From positions 77,160 through 141,159 of the forward strand of contig JADFZK010000001.1 in assembly GCA_015232565.1 (NCBI GenBank): a stretch of DNA of 64,000 nucleotides, in the 5' to 3' direction. Shown piece after piece: positions 18,897 to 28,566 of the stretch (the first letter of the stretch is position 1; the number at the start of each line of letters is the position of its first letter). The notes beneath the pieces are model-generated. The model worked only from the letters and a program-made list of their open reading frames with translations. It was not told the DNA's origin and made no database searches. The DNA comes from Candidatus Omnitrophota bacterium. Its GTDB lineage: Bacteria; Omnitrophota; Gorgyraeia; Zapsychrales; Fredricksoniimonadaceae. The translations under genes were made by a program, and so were the position numbers.

Positions 18897-20040
18897 GATG
18901 TTACGATTTGAAAGGGAAAATGTGGACTTTTTGACTTTTTTTAGAGGGATGAAGAGATTTCGTATTCCATTAATTGTTACGTTAATTTCCGCTTATGCTT
19001 TTTATTTGCGATTGGTCCATTTAGCCGGTCATGACCTTTGGGTTGATGAGCTTTATCAAATCAGCCAGATGAATGGGACTTTCTTTCAGATGGTCCAAGG
19101 GCTTACCCGGAGTGAATATTGCGCTTATTTGTCTGCGGACTATTATCTTACGTATCCCTTTTATAAGATTTTCTCGATGAATAAGTGGGGGCTTGCCATT
19201 CCACATATGGGGGCAACCCTTCTTGGGTTTTATTTGCTTTATTTAATCTGTCGGCGTTATTTAAAGAGTGTATTGGGCTATGTTGTTACGTTCAGCATTG
19301 TGTGTTTTAACGCTACCTTGATCTGGCATGCTACAGAGATCAGGACGTACGCGGTTCTGCCCACGGTGGCATTGGCTTCTTTATATCTTTGGTTGAGGAT
19401 AATTGACGCGAATGGTTATTTGAGCATGGGGAAGAAAGTTGTCGCGGGAGTTGTGTTCGTTTTTATACTGTGGTTCCATGTTTATGGGATAGTGATGTTC
19501 TTTTTCACAGGACTTTATGCCTTGTTGACAAGGGTGAAGGATAAGTCATTCTTTATTATTCTAAAGAATGTTGCTCCTTTCGTGTTGGTGGTTCTTTGTT
19601 TGGCCGCGCCTTTGTGGCTATTGAGCACGTTCGGTCCGCATCTTGCCAATCCCACCAGTAATAACGATACGTTTCAATTTATCCCAAGTCCTTCCAGGGA
19701 TATGATCGGATTTCTTAAAGGCGTTTTCGGCAATCTTATCGGCGACAAAAGGCTTTATTTTTTGCTTCTGGGGGGTGTGGCGCCATTCGTTATTCCGTAC
19801 AGGCAGAGGTTTCATCAGATCATTTTCCTGATAGTGCTGGTGGTGGTGCCTGTGGGGACGATATTGTCAGGAAATATTCTTACGCACTACTGGTTTCTTC
19901 AACGGGGATTTATATGGGTGATGCCTATCTTCGCTTTGTTCATTGGGTGGTCCCTGGAGTCTTTTGTATTGTATGTGAAGGATAAATGCCAGTCTTCTGG
20001 GCAACGGATCGCCAGGAACTCGGACCTGAGAATTGAATAG
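18883..20040 (+). CDS. Polytopic membrane protein, possibly a GT-C-like glycosyltransferase.
   Basis: It has about 10 TM helices and a first-loop acidic motif HDLWVDELYQISQ. Its GC content is lower than that of its neighbours. Confidence 0.4.
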   Translation: MFAREMLRFERENVDFLTFFRGMKRFRIPLIVTLISAYAFYLRLVHLAGHDLWVDELYQISQMNGTFFQMVQGLTRSEYCAYLSADYYLTYPFYKIFSMNKWGLAIPHMGATLLGFYLLYLICRRYLKSVLGYVVTFSIVCFNATLIWHATEIRTYAVLPTVALASLYLWLRIIDANGYLSMGKKVVAGVVFVFILWFHVYGIVMFFFTGLYALLTRVKDKSFFIILKNVAPFVLVVLCLAAPLWLLSTFGPHLANPTSNNDTFQFIPSPSRDMIGFLKGVFGNLIGDKRLYFLLLGGVAPFVIPYRQRFHQIIFLIVLVVVPVGTILSGNILTHYWFLQRGFIWVMPIFALFIGWSLESFVLYVKDKCQSSGQRIARNSDLRIE

Positions 20041-20048
20041 GAGCGATA

Positions 20049-21158
20049 ATGGCTGTTAATATTAGAAAGCTTACAACGTTTGCCCGATTCGCAATAATTA
20101 AGGCGGCCCCTTTTTTGTGGCCTGTTATGGCACTTCGTCCGTATTCTGCGACGATCAATATTACGGATAATTGCTGCCTTAAGTGTGTGATGTGTAATCA
20201 ATGGCAGACGTATCATAAAGATGAGCTGAGCAAGGATGAGTGGATGCGGATTCTGGGTGAGTTGTATGTCTGCGGGGTGCGGGAGATCAATTTGACTGGT
20301 GGTGAACCGTTGTGCCGATCCGATATTTTCGAGATCATTGCCGAGGCCGTTCGATTGGGGATCAAGGTCGGTGTGTCCTCAAATGGTGATATGATCGATG
20401 ATGAGATGGCAGATCAATTGCTCAGGTTAGGGGTTAAGGATATTACTATATCGGTTGATGCGATAGGGCTCGAGTATGACCGTTTACGCGGGGTTAAAGG
20501 GGCGTACCAAAGGGTTTATCGGGCTTTGGAGATACTGTCTGCCTATAACCGGGACCGGAGGATGTCGGTGCTGGTGGCATTTGTTTTGATGAAAGACACG
20601 TTGACTTCCTATAAGGAAGTGGTGAACGCTGTTAGCCCTCTGGGCATTCCTGTTGTTGTTAATTTGTTTGATACGAGTCCGTATTTCTTTCAGATCAAGG
20701 GAGCTAGGGAGAGGTTTTGGGTGACGGAAAAAGAGATGTCGCGGTTGGCGGACTTGCAACAGTTTTTTGTTGAGCAAATCCAGATAGCTTCGGTGTTCAC
20801 CAAGCATCGTTTTGTGGACATTGATTTCTTTAAACGCTATTTTCGGGATCCACTACAGAAGGATCTTCCTTGTTATGTTTCCCAAATTCGTTTGAACATA
20901 GGTCCTAAAGGGCAGATCTTTGGCGGATGTTGGTCTTTGGGTGTTCATGGCGATTTACGCAAGAATCGGCTTCAGGAGATACTCAAGTCCAAGGCTTATC
21001 GTGCGATCCAGCAGAAAATGTTCAATAAGCAGTGCCCGGGGTGTTCGTGTGGCTATATTACAACGTTAAATTATTCTTTAGGTAATTGGGTAAAGGAACT
21101 TGTTTATCGTGCTTTTCCATCGGCACGGAGGGGAATTTATGCTGGTGTCAAAAAATAA
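20049..21158 (+). CDS. Radical SAM enzyme with a Cys-rich C-terminal (SPASM/twitch-like) region.
   Basis: It has NITDNCCLKCVMCNQW, a CxxxCxxC motif with an extra Cys. Additional Cys residues lie near the C-terminus (NKQCPGCSCGY). Confidence 0.6.
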   Translation: MAVNIRKLTTFARFAIIKAAPFLWPVMALRPYSATINITDNCCLKCVMCNQWQTYHKDELSKDEWMRILGELYVCGVREINLTGGEPLCRSDIFEIIAEAVRLGIKVGVSSNGDMIDDEMADQLLRLGVKDITISVDAIGLEYDRLRGVKGAYQRVYRALEILSAYNRDRRMSVLVAFVLMKDTLTSYKEVVNAVSPLGIPVVVNLFDTSPYFFQIKGARERFWVTEKEMSRLADLQQFFVEQIQIASVFTKHRFVDIDFFKRYFRDPLQKDLPCYVSQIRLNIGPKGQIFGGCWSLGVHGDLRKNRLQEILKSKAYRAIQQKMFNKQCPGCSCGYITTLNYSLGNWVKELVYRAFPSARRGIYAGVKK

Positions 21159-21277
21159 ATGCGGAGTTTGGTCTGGCTGGGGAAGTATGTCGGCTGATGG
21201 TCAGCTGAATTCTTTCATCGGTAGCGCGGGCGTTCTGTTGGTGGCCATATCCTTGGGATGGTAGGGTTGTTTTCTAC

Positions 21278-22222
21278 ATGTGGAGAATGATGCGATCACT
21301 TGAAATAAAGCCGCATGGACTTATGTTCCATCATTTTTATAACGAGAAGCATTGCCGGGGGCAGGGGGCTATATCTATTGGCCAGTTTGAGGCTGTCCTG
21401 ACTCATTACGAGAAGCACATCCTTTCGGCTGAGGAGTGGTTTAATAGGGCGGTGAGCAACTCGTTAAAGGATCATGATATTTGCTTGACCTTTGATGATG
21501 CGTTATTGTGCCAGTATGAGGTTGCACTTCCGGTGTTGGAGCGGTATGGTTTGACCGCGTTCTGGTTTGTTTATTCCTCCGTGCTGGACGGAGGTTTGGA
21601 GAAACTAGAGATCTACCGGAAATTCAGGACAGTGTGTTATGCATGTATTGATGACTTTTATTTGGATTTCTTCTCGCGGGTGAAGGCTTCGGCTTATAAT
21701 GACGCAGTGGAGTTGGCGTTAAAAGGATATGCACATGACAATTGGAAGTATTGTCCGTTTTATTCTCCTAATGACACAAAGTTCAGGTATATAAGAGATG
21801 TTGCTTTGGGTGTTGATAAGTACCAGGAACTTATGGACAGGATGATTTGCGAACAAGGGATAGATTTGGCTTCTTTTGCTTCTGATCTGTGGATGACGAA
21901 AGAACATGTTAGGAGTTTGTGTGCACGCGGGCATGTCATAGGGTTACATTCGCATACTCATCCGACTGTTCTGGCTGATCTGCCCGCGACCGAACAGCAA
22001 AAAGAATATGGACAGAATTACCGGTTTCTTAGAGATCTTCTTGGTAAAAGCCCGGAAGTGGTCTCGCATCCTTGTAATTCTTATAATGTGGAGACTTTGA
22101 AGATCCTGGCTGCGCTTGGTATTCGGTTGGGGTTTCGGGCTAACATGGCAGATCATCAATATTCAAGGTTTGAATTCGCGCGGGAAGATCACGCGAATGT
22201 GATCCGGAGGATCGGGCAATGA
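21278..22222 (+). CDS. Polysaccharide deacetylase family (NodB-homology) protein; possible de-N-acetylase or deformylase.
   Basis: It has ICLTFDDALLCQYEVALPVLERYGLTAFWF, the NodB motif 1 (TFDD), followed by His-containing motifs HSHTHP. Confidence 0.7.
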   Translation: MWRMMRSLEIKPHGLMFHHFYNEKHCRGQGAISIGQFEAVLTHYEKHILSAEEWFNRAVSNSLKDHDICLTFDDALLCQYEVALPVLERYGLTAFWFVYSSVLDGGLEKLEIYRKFRTVCYACIDDFYLDFFSRVKASAYNDAVELALKGYAHDNWKYCPFYSPNDTKFRYIRDVALGVDKYQELMDRMICEQGIDLASFASDLWMTKEHVRSLCARGHVIGLHSHTHPTVLADLPATEQQKEYGQNYRFLRDLLGKSPEVVSHPCNSYNVETLKILAALGIRLGFRANMADHQYSRFEFAREDHANVIRRIGQ

Positions 22223-23013
22223 AAGTAACCGTGTTTACTAGTAATCAGCCTAGGCATATCGCGCTCATTCATCGTTTGGCGACGGTTGCCGATGAAGTCT
22301 TTGCAGTTTTGGAATGTAATACTGTTTTTCCGGGACAGGTTCAGGATTTCTTTAAACGAACCAATGTTATGCAGGAATATTTTAGGCATGTGATCGAAGC
22401 GGAGAGGATGGTTTTCGGGTCCCTGGACTTTTTGCCGTCAAATGTAAGGTCTTTATCTTTGAGGTCTGGAGACTTGAGCTTGCTGGACATGAGCGCACTT
22501 GTAGCGGCGTTCCAAAGTGATTATTATATTGTTTTCGGGAGCAGTTATATCAGGAACGAGCTTGCTGATTTTTTGGTAGAGCATCAGGCGATTAATATTC
22601 ATATGGGTGTGTCACCTTATTATCGTGGAAATAGTTGTAATTTCTGGGCGCTTTATGACCGGAAGCCGGATTATGTGGGGGCGACGATCCATTTGCTGTC
22701 CAAGGGGCTGGATTCTGGCGCTATGCTGTTTCATGCTGTTCCCGCGGAGCAGGCAGTGGATCCCTTCGAGTTGGGCATGTTGGCGGTTCGGGCCGCGCAG
22801 AATGGCTTGTTGCAAGCGTTAAAGACGGGAGAGTTACTGAAGATGGTGCCCGTGCTTCAGGACAAGAGTCTCCAGATTAGGTATACTCGTAATAGCGATT
22901 TTAATGACGATGTTGCTTCCGGCTATTTAAGAAGCTTGCCGGGGAAGAATGACATTGGCCGTGCGTTAAGAGACCGGGATGTGGGATTGTTGTTGCGGCC
23001 TTATATTGAATAG
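22219..23013 (+). CDS. Formyltransferase-family protein (N-terminal Fmt/ArnA-N/PurN-like catalytic domain only).
   Basis: NIHMGVSPYYRGNSCNFWALYDRKPDYVGATIHLLSKGLDSGAML aligns closely with the Fmt core HGSLLPRWRGAAPIQRSL ... GVTIMQMDVGLDTGDML. Confidence 0.7.
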   Translation: MKVTVFTSNQPRHIALIHRLATVADEVFAVLECNTVFPGQVQDFFKRTNVMQEYFRHVIEAERMVFGSLDFLPSNVRSLSLRSGDLSLLDMSALVAAFQSDYYIVFGSSYIRNELADFLVEHQAINIHMGVSPYYRGNSCNFWALYDRKPDYVGATIHLLSKGLDSGAMLFHAVPAEQAVDPFELGMLAVRAAQNGLLQALKTGELLKMVPVLQDKSLQIRYTRNSDFNDDVASGYLRSLPGKNDIGRALRDRDVGLLLRPYIE

Positions 23014-23055
23014 AGTTCGTTTCTGGATCAGGCGTACAAGATAAGGAGAGGAATA

Positions 23056-25068
23056 ATGAACGTAGCTTTATTGGATCTCAACCATTTTACCCGCGGCGTG
23101 ACGAATAACACGGTGCCTCTTGGTCTGGGTATGATAGCCGCCTTTTTACGCAAACGGATCGGGGGTGCTCTGGACATCAGGATTTTCAAGGATACCAGCA
23201 AGGCCCTGGGTGTGTTTGCATCCTGGACTCCTGACGTGATCGGTCTTGCGCAGTATGTCTGGAACAGTGAACTCAATTTGTCCGTTGCCCGCATTGTTAA
23301 AGACAGGAATCCGCGTTGTTTTGTCGTCGTTGGTGGCCCTAACCTGGATTTGTCTGCGGCCCGGCGGATGCAGTATTTTATTGACCACCCGTTAGTGGAT
23401 GCCGGGATCCTTTATGATGGGGAGATCCCTTTTGCCGGGCTGGTTGGGAGGCTTATGGCCGGGGAGTCGCGGGAAAGCATCTGCCTGACCCCTTCGGCTG
23501 GTATGTACTCGTTTGACAGGAAAGAGAATGCTTTGCGGGAATCAGCCGAACCGCCGCCGCGTCTTTCCAGTCTTGACGAGATAGGGGCGATCTATGCCGA
23601 GGGCGTTTTTGACGAGTTTCTGAATGTTGGCTGTCATCCATTTCTGCAAACACATCGCGGGTGTCCTTTTACGTGTACGTTTTGCCATACTAGCGATTCC
23701 TATTATTCTCGGATGCTTTTTCTTTCCCCTGAGATATTTCGGCGTGAGATGGAGTGCCTGGGTAAACGCTATGCTGGCCGGCATGACGTGACCCTTTTTC
23801 TGGCCAACACGAATATGTCGCTTTTCCCGGAAGATTTTACGATCGCCGGGATCATTCGCGAGACTCAGGAGAAATACGATTGGCCGCGCAACATCAGCGT
23901 TAATTCGGGCAAAGATCCCAAGAAGTTGCTGGCAATGATGGATATACTCCGTTTTCAACCATCGATCGCACTTCAGACTTTGACGCCAGCTGTCCTGAAA
24001 AATATTAAAAGAATTAATATTCCTTTTGATAATTTTGTGTCTTTTCAGCGCGCAGTCCTTAAAGAGACCGGTGCCCCGTCGGTTACCGAATTGATCTTGT
24101 GTCTTCCAGGAGAGACCCGGGCCAGCTTTCTTGAAACGTTGTGCAGGGTGCTTAATTCCGGGGTTCAGTCGGTAGTGATCTATACGCTCATGTCGCTTAA
24201 AGGGACGGAACTGGTTTCGGAAGAGAGCATCCGTAAATATCGTTTCGATATTCGCCACAGGGTTGTTCCCCGGCAGTTTAGCGTTGTGTCTGGCCGGAAA
24301 GTTCTTGACACCGAGGCGGTTGTCGTAGCGACGGATACGATGTCCTTCGGAGATTATTTGGAATTACGGGGATTGTGTTTTACTGTGACCACGTTTTATA
24401 GTTCCCTTGAGTTGATGCCTATCAAGAAATTGCTCTTGGAAAGCGGTGTGGATGTTTCAGCTTGGGTGCTGGGCATTCACGCGCGATGTGCTCAGTTTCC
24501 TGATCTTGCGTATTATCATGATGAATTTATCAAGGAGACCCAGGCTGAACTATTTTTAACCCGGGAAGCGCTGACGGACTTTTTTGAGGATCCCCGGCAT
24601 TGGGAGGATCTGTGCCAGGGGCTTTACGGGGATAACCTTACGCGTAAGTATAAACAGTTGGTATTGACGAAATGTTATAAGACGCTGCTGGAAGTTGCTT
24701 TGTCCGAGGCAAGGGATTTGCTAGCCGCGAAGCTCCTGCCTGATATGCTCGAAGATCTTTTGCGTGATCTTAGGTCTTATTTGTCGGTCAGGGACGTACG
24801 GGACATTTTTGAAGGGACTTTGTCCCTTGAAGACAGGGTTGTAACTGTTGCGTATAATATTCCGTTATGGATGATGAACTCCAATCCCGCTCTTGGAATG
24901 AACGATTTTCGGGGCAGGACTTCATACCGGGTGATTTATCCTGTTGATATAAAGGAGAAAGCCCAGGAATTCGCGAGGTCGAATAAAGACAAGGAGTTGT
25001 CGTTGCAGATCATGTATCGCGATGGACTTATCAGTGATTTCTGGCCAAGATGGATTGAGAGCAAATGA
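23056..25068 (+). CDS. Large cobalamin (B12)-binding radical SAM enzyme (670 aa).
   Basis: An N-terminal B12-binding-like domain (VIGLAQYVWNSELN ... FVVVGGPNLD) is followed by HRGCPFTCTFCHTS (CxxxCxxC) and a long C-terminal extension. Confidence 0.7.
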   Translation: MNVALLDLNHFTRGVTNNTVPLGLGMIAAFLRKRIGGALDIRIFKDTSKALGVFASWTPDVIGLAQYVWNSELNLSVARIVKDRNPRCFVVVGGPNLDLSAARRMQYFIDHPLVDAGILYDGEIPFAGLVGRLMAGESRESICLTPSAGMYSFDRKENALRESAEPPPRLSSLDEIGAIYAEGVFDEFLNVGCHPFLQTHRGCPFTCTFCHTSDSYYSRMLFLSPEIFRREMECLGKRYAGRHDVTLFLANTNMSLFPEDFTIAGIIRETQEKYDWPRNISVNSGKDPKKLLAMMDILRFQPSIALQTLTPAVLKNIKRINIPFDNFVSFQRAVLKETGAPSVTELILCLPGETRASFLETLCRVLNSGVQSVVIYTLMSLKGTELVSEESIRKYRFDIRHRVVPRQFSVVSGRKVLDTEAVVVATDTMSFGDYLELRGLCFTVTTFYSSLELMPIKKLLLESGVDVSAWVLGIHARCAQFPDLAYYHDEFIKETQAELFLTREALTDFFEDPRHWEDLCQGLYGDNLTRKYKQLVLTKCYKTLLEVALSEARDLLAAKLLPDMLEDLLRDLRSYLSVRDVRDIFEGTLSLEDRVVTVAYNIPLWMMNSNPALGMNDFRGRTSYRVIYPVDIKEKAQEFARSNKDKELSLQIMYRDGLISDFWPRWIESK

Positions 25069-25280
25069 CATTAATATCTGTAAGCCTCAAAAAGAAAGAA
25101 GTGGTTCGTTGAAGTCGATTGTTTGATGCCTGTTGGCACGATATTGGCTGGAAATAGGTCTGGGATTCTTTGATCTCGAGAAATATCTGCCCTGATCGTA
25201 AGACGGCGTAGTTTCGCCGGCAAGTTTGTTAAGTGATCAACGAAGAAGCTGTTTGCACAATCTAATGTAATGAGGTGTTC

Positions 25281-26711
25281 ATGTTGAAGATTGGTAAGTT
25301 CTCTGTGTCGTGGATCATCTTTAGCGTTATTCTGGTTTCTTTATGTTACCGTATCTATTTGGCATGCACTACGAATATGATCATTTGCTGGGATTCTTTG
25401 GAATATCGGGACTTGGGGCGCTTGCTTCAGAATAATGACTTCCTGTCTTATTTTAAGGGAGGCCCTAGGCGGGAACCGATTTATCCTGTTTTGGTGTCGG
25501 TGGCGATGCATATGGAGTCGTGGAGTGGAATTGTTTACACCAGGATTCTGGCCGGTATCGGGGTAGGGATACTTTTTATTACACAGGTGTTGATGTACAT
25601 TGTTTTGCGTAAACTTAATGTCCGCATCTGGATTTGCGCGTTCATTCTTTTATATTTTGGTTTTTCACCAGCGATAAACAATACTGCTTTCAGCTTATAT
25701 TCAGAGATCTCAGTCCTGCCGTGGACGTTATTAAGCGCCTTGTTGATCGCGAAATCTTTTGAGACCATTATATCAAAGAATATTGTGCGAAGTTTCTTTG
25801 CGGGGGCGGGGATCGGATCGCTTTTTGTGATTATGACAATGATCAAGGCTCCTTTTGAGCTTGTTTTCTTCGTTTTTGTGGGGCTTTATTTTGTGCTGCT
25901 GTTGCGGGCGTTCATACAAAAGAACAGGCCTGTTATCATAAAAGCACTTGTTTTTATCTTTACACTTTGTTTGGTGTATGAAGTCCCGGTTACCGCTTAC
26001 AAAATGTTAAACAAAGTTTTCAATAATAATTACGCTCTTACCGGAAGAGGTAGTTGGGCACTTTATGGCGGCGTTGCGCTTAAGACCGAGCCTATGACAG
26101 CCAGGAAGATATTGACTGCAATTGCGCATATTCCTGGTAATGGTGCCTGTATGCGTTTCTTTTCCGAGGAAGAATGTACTTATTGGGAAGCATTTTCTGC
26201 CAGTGATGGTTTTGGGTTAGGAAAGTATGGCCAGGTTAGTTCTACAACGCCAGCGGCCGATGTTGACAGGGTTATTTTGGGAGATTGCAAAAAAAGGATC
26301 CTGGAGCATCCTTTTCAGTATGTTTTCATGTCCAGTTTCGATTGGATAAAAATGTTTTTTTGGGAATCGACCAAGATAGGGTTCGTTGAATATCCGCCCT
26401 GGCTGGAAACATTGTATAATAAGACGATTTTTAAAGATGGTTTGCGTTTATTGGTGTCTCTAGGGTCTTTAATAGCTTTCATCATATTGTTGCTTTCTAT
26501 TAGAAATCCAGTAAAGTTGACTGATTCGCAATGTCCGGCCACTAAAGAGCAATATTTGCGTTTTACAATTTTCGTTATCTTATTGTTCTACACTGGTTTA
26601 CATTCGATGTTTAATACAGTAACGCGGTGGGCATTGCCTCTGGCTCCATTGTATCTTGTTTGCGTGGGTTACGCTTTGCAACTCTTGTGGCCAAAGCCTC
26701 GGAGCAAGTGA
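25281..26711 (+). CDS. Polytopic membrane GT-C-like glycosyltransferase (ArnT/PMT-like).
   Basis: It has about 11 TM helices and an N-terminal loop ICWDSLEYRDLGRLL carrying an acidic motif. Its GC content is low. The ATG at 25281 is preferred because of the TGAGGTG ribosome-binding site. Confidence 0.5.
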   Translation: MLKIGKFSVSWIIFSVILVSLCYRIYLACTTNMIICWDSLEYRDLGRLLQNNDFLSYFKGGPRREPIYPVLVSVAMHMESWSGIVYTRILAGIGVGILFITQVLMYIVLRKLNVRIWICAFILLYFGFSPAINNTAFSLYSEISVLPWTLLSALLIAKSFETIISKNIVRSFFAGAGIGSLFVIMTMIKAPFELVFFVFVGLYFVLLLRAFIQKNRPVIIKALVFIFTLCLVYEVPVTAYKMLNKVFNNNYALTGRGSWALYGGVALKTEPMTARKILTAIAHIPGNGACMRFFSEEECTYWEAFSASDGFGLGKYGQVSSTTPAADVDRVILGDCKKRILEHPFQYVFMSSFDWIKMFFWESTKIGFVEYPPWLETLYNKTIFKDGLRLLVSLGSLIAFIILLLSIRNPVKLTDSQCPATKEQYLRFTIFVILLFYTGLHSMFNTVTRWALPLAPLYLVCVGYALQLLWPKPRSK

Positions 26712-26742
26712 TAATGTTGCCTTTTAACAATATTGGGAGCTT

Positions 26743-27504
26743 ATGATCCATTTCATCTTCCCCGTTTATAACGAAAAAGCCAATTTGCCGGAATTGATCG
26801 CGGGTATTCGCCGCCTTATGGCTGGCAAGGCTTACCGCATGGTGGCGGTCAATGACGGCTCTACCGACGGCTCGCTGGAATTCCTGAAAGAACAGCAAGG
26901 TGTGGATCTGGTAATTACCGGTTCGGTCATCAATATGAATGTCGGGGCGGTATTCTCCTCCGGGATCCATGAAGCGCTTAAGGGTGCCAAAGACGATGAT
27001 GTGATCGTCATTATGGAAAGTGACCAGACCAGTGAGCAAGAACTGGTCCTGCCGATGGCTGAGAGCATCGGCCTTGGAACTGCCGACATTGTTATAGCCT
27101 CGCGCTATGTTTCGGGAGGGAGATATGTTAATTTTCCTTTGCCGCGAGTGATCTTTAGCCATTGCGCCAATCGCCTTATGCGGGCTTTTTTCCCGGTTGC
27201 TTCAGTGCGTGATTACACAATATTCTTCCGGGCCTATCGGGCGGGCATCCTTAAGCGAGCCTCGGATTATTTCGGTCCGTTCGGCCTGATCCAGTCCAAA
27301 GGGTTTGTGGCCAACGCGGAACTCCTGGTAAAGCTGGCTTTCTTTACCGACCGTATTATGGAGGTTCCGTTCGTTTATAATTACGGCATGAAAAAAGGCG
27401 CCAGCAAGATCAACGTTCTGCGCACGATCAATGAGTACTTTACTCTGATAAATTATTTGAAACGCCTTATTTCGAAACATAGTGCTCTCGGGAGAAGAAT
27501 ATGA
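26743..27504 (+). CDS. GT2 polyprenyl-phosphate sugar synthase (Dpm1/ArnC/GtrB-like).
   Basis: It has IHFIFPVYNEKANLPELI and VAVNDGSTDGS, and is short (253 aa) with no TM anchor in the N-terminal half. This is typical of Dpm1-like GT2 enzymes that load sugars onto polyprenyl phosphate. Confidence 0.7.
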   Translation: MIHFIFPVYNEKANLPELIAGIRRLMAGKAYRMVAVNDGSTDGSLEFLKEQQGVDLVITGSVINMNVGAVFSSGIHEALKGAKDDDVIVIMESDQTSEQELVLPMAESIGLGTADIVIASRYVSGGRYVNFPLPRVIFSHCANRLMRAFFPVASVRDYTIFFRAYRAGILKRASDYFGPFGLIQSKGFVANAELLVKLAFFTDRIMEVPFVYNYGMKKGASKINVLRTINEYFTLINYLKRLISKHSALGRRI

Positions 27505-28538
27505 AGATCTTGATCACCGGCGGCGCCGGAATGGTGGGTTCGCACGCGGCGGAACATTTTGCCGGGCAGGGCAATCAGGTTCTGGTGTACGACAATCTTC
27601 TGCGTTCGCAGATCTTTGGGGTGGATACGCAGTCGGTCGAATTTAACTGGAAATATTTACAACGCTTCAAGAATATCAAGCTGGTCAAGGCCGATATCCG
27701 TGACCGGAAAACATTGGAAGCGACCTTACGGAAGTTCAAGCCCGATGCTGTTATTCATGCCGCGGGCCAGCCGGGTGTGGGGTTCTCCCTTAACGATCCT
27801 TGTGAAGACGCTTCCATTAATGCCACAGGTACACTGAACGTGGTCGAAGCTTTGCGTCAGGTTAACTCCAAAGCCGCGCTGGTTTACTGTTCCACAAATA
27901 AAGTCTACGGTGATAATGTTAACCTTTATCCCATCAGCGAGAAGAAGACCCGTTACGCCTTTCGGAACATCAAGGGTGTGCCGGAAACCTGTTCTATCGA
28001 TCATTGCGGCCATACTCCATATGGTGTATCCAAACTTACCGGCGATCTTTACGCCCAGGATGCCGCACAGTCGTTCGGTTTGCGCACCGGTGTTTTTCGG
28101 ATGAGTTGTACCTATGGCACCCGGCAATTTGGTTTTGAAGATCAGGGCTGGATCGCCTGGTTTGCTATCCGTTTTATGCAGGGCCGGCCGATCACGATAT
28201 ATGGCGACGGCAAACAGGTGCGCGATGTTCTATGGGTCGGCGATCTGGTTAATGCTTTCGATAAGTTTATTACACAGAAAGCGCCTTCCGGGGTTTTCAA
28301 CATGGGCGGCGGAGCGGATAATACGCTGTCCTTGCTTGAATTGCTCGAGCTCCTGGAAAGCATTACCGGCCGTGCGGTCAAGATCGGTTTCGACGACTGG
28401 CGCAAGTTCGACCAGAAAGTTTATATTTCCGATATTGCCAAGGTAAAGCGCGCGCTTAAATGGAAGCCGACCGTAGGGCCTCGTGAAGGCGTAAGCCGCA
28501 TTGTGCGCTGGATCCAGGATAATAGCAGGATCTTTTGA
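27501..28538 (+). CDS. CDP-paratose 2-epimerase (tyvelose epimerase, RfbE)-family extended SDR.
   Basis: It has MKILITGGAGMVGSHAAEHF, YCSTNKVYGD, TYGTRQFGFEDQGWIAWF, YGDGKQVRDVLWVGDLV and NMGGGADNTLSLLELLELLE. These are collinear with characteristic tyvelose-epimerase blocks. Confidence 0.7.
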   Translation: MKILITGGAGMVGSHAAEHFAGQGNQVLVYDNLLRSQIFGVDTQSVEFNWKYLQRFKNIKLVKADIRDRKTLEATLRKFKPDAVIHAAGQPGVGFSLNDPCEDASINATGTLNVVEALRQVNSKAALVYCSTNKVYGDNVNLYPISEKKTRYAFRNIKGVPETCSIDHCGHTPYGVSKLTGDLYAQDAAQSFGLRTGVFRMSCTYGTRQFGFEDQGWIAWFAIRFMQGRPITIYGDGKQVRDVLWVGDLVNAFDKFITQKAPSGVFNMGGGADNTLSLLELLELLESITGRAVKIGFDDWRKFDQKVYISDIAKVKRALKWKPTVGPREGVSRIVRWIQDNSRIF

Positions 28539-28566
28539 TCAACAATAAACGGATTGAGCGTTTCTG

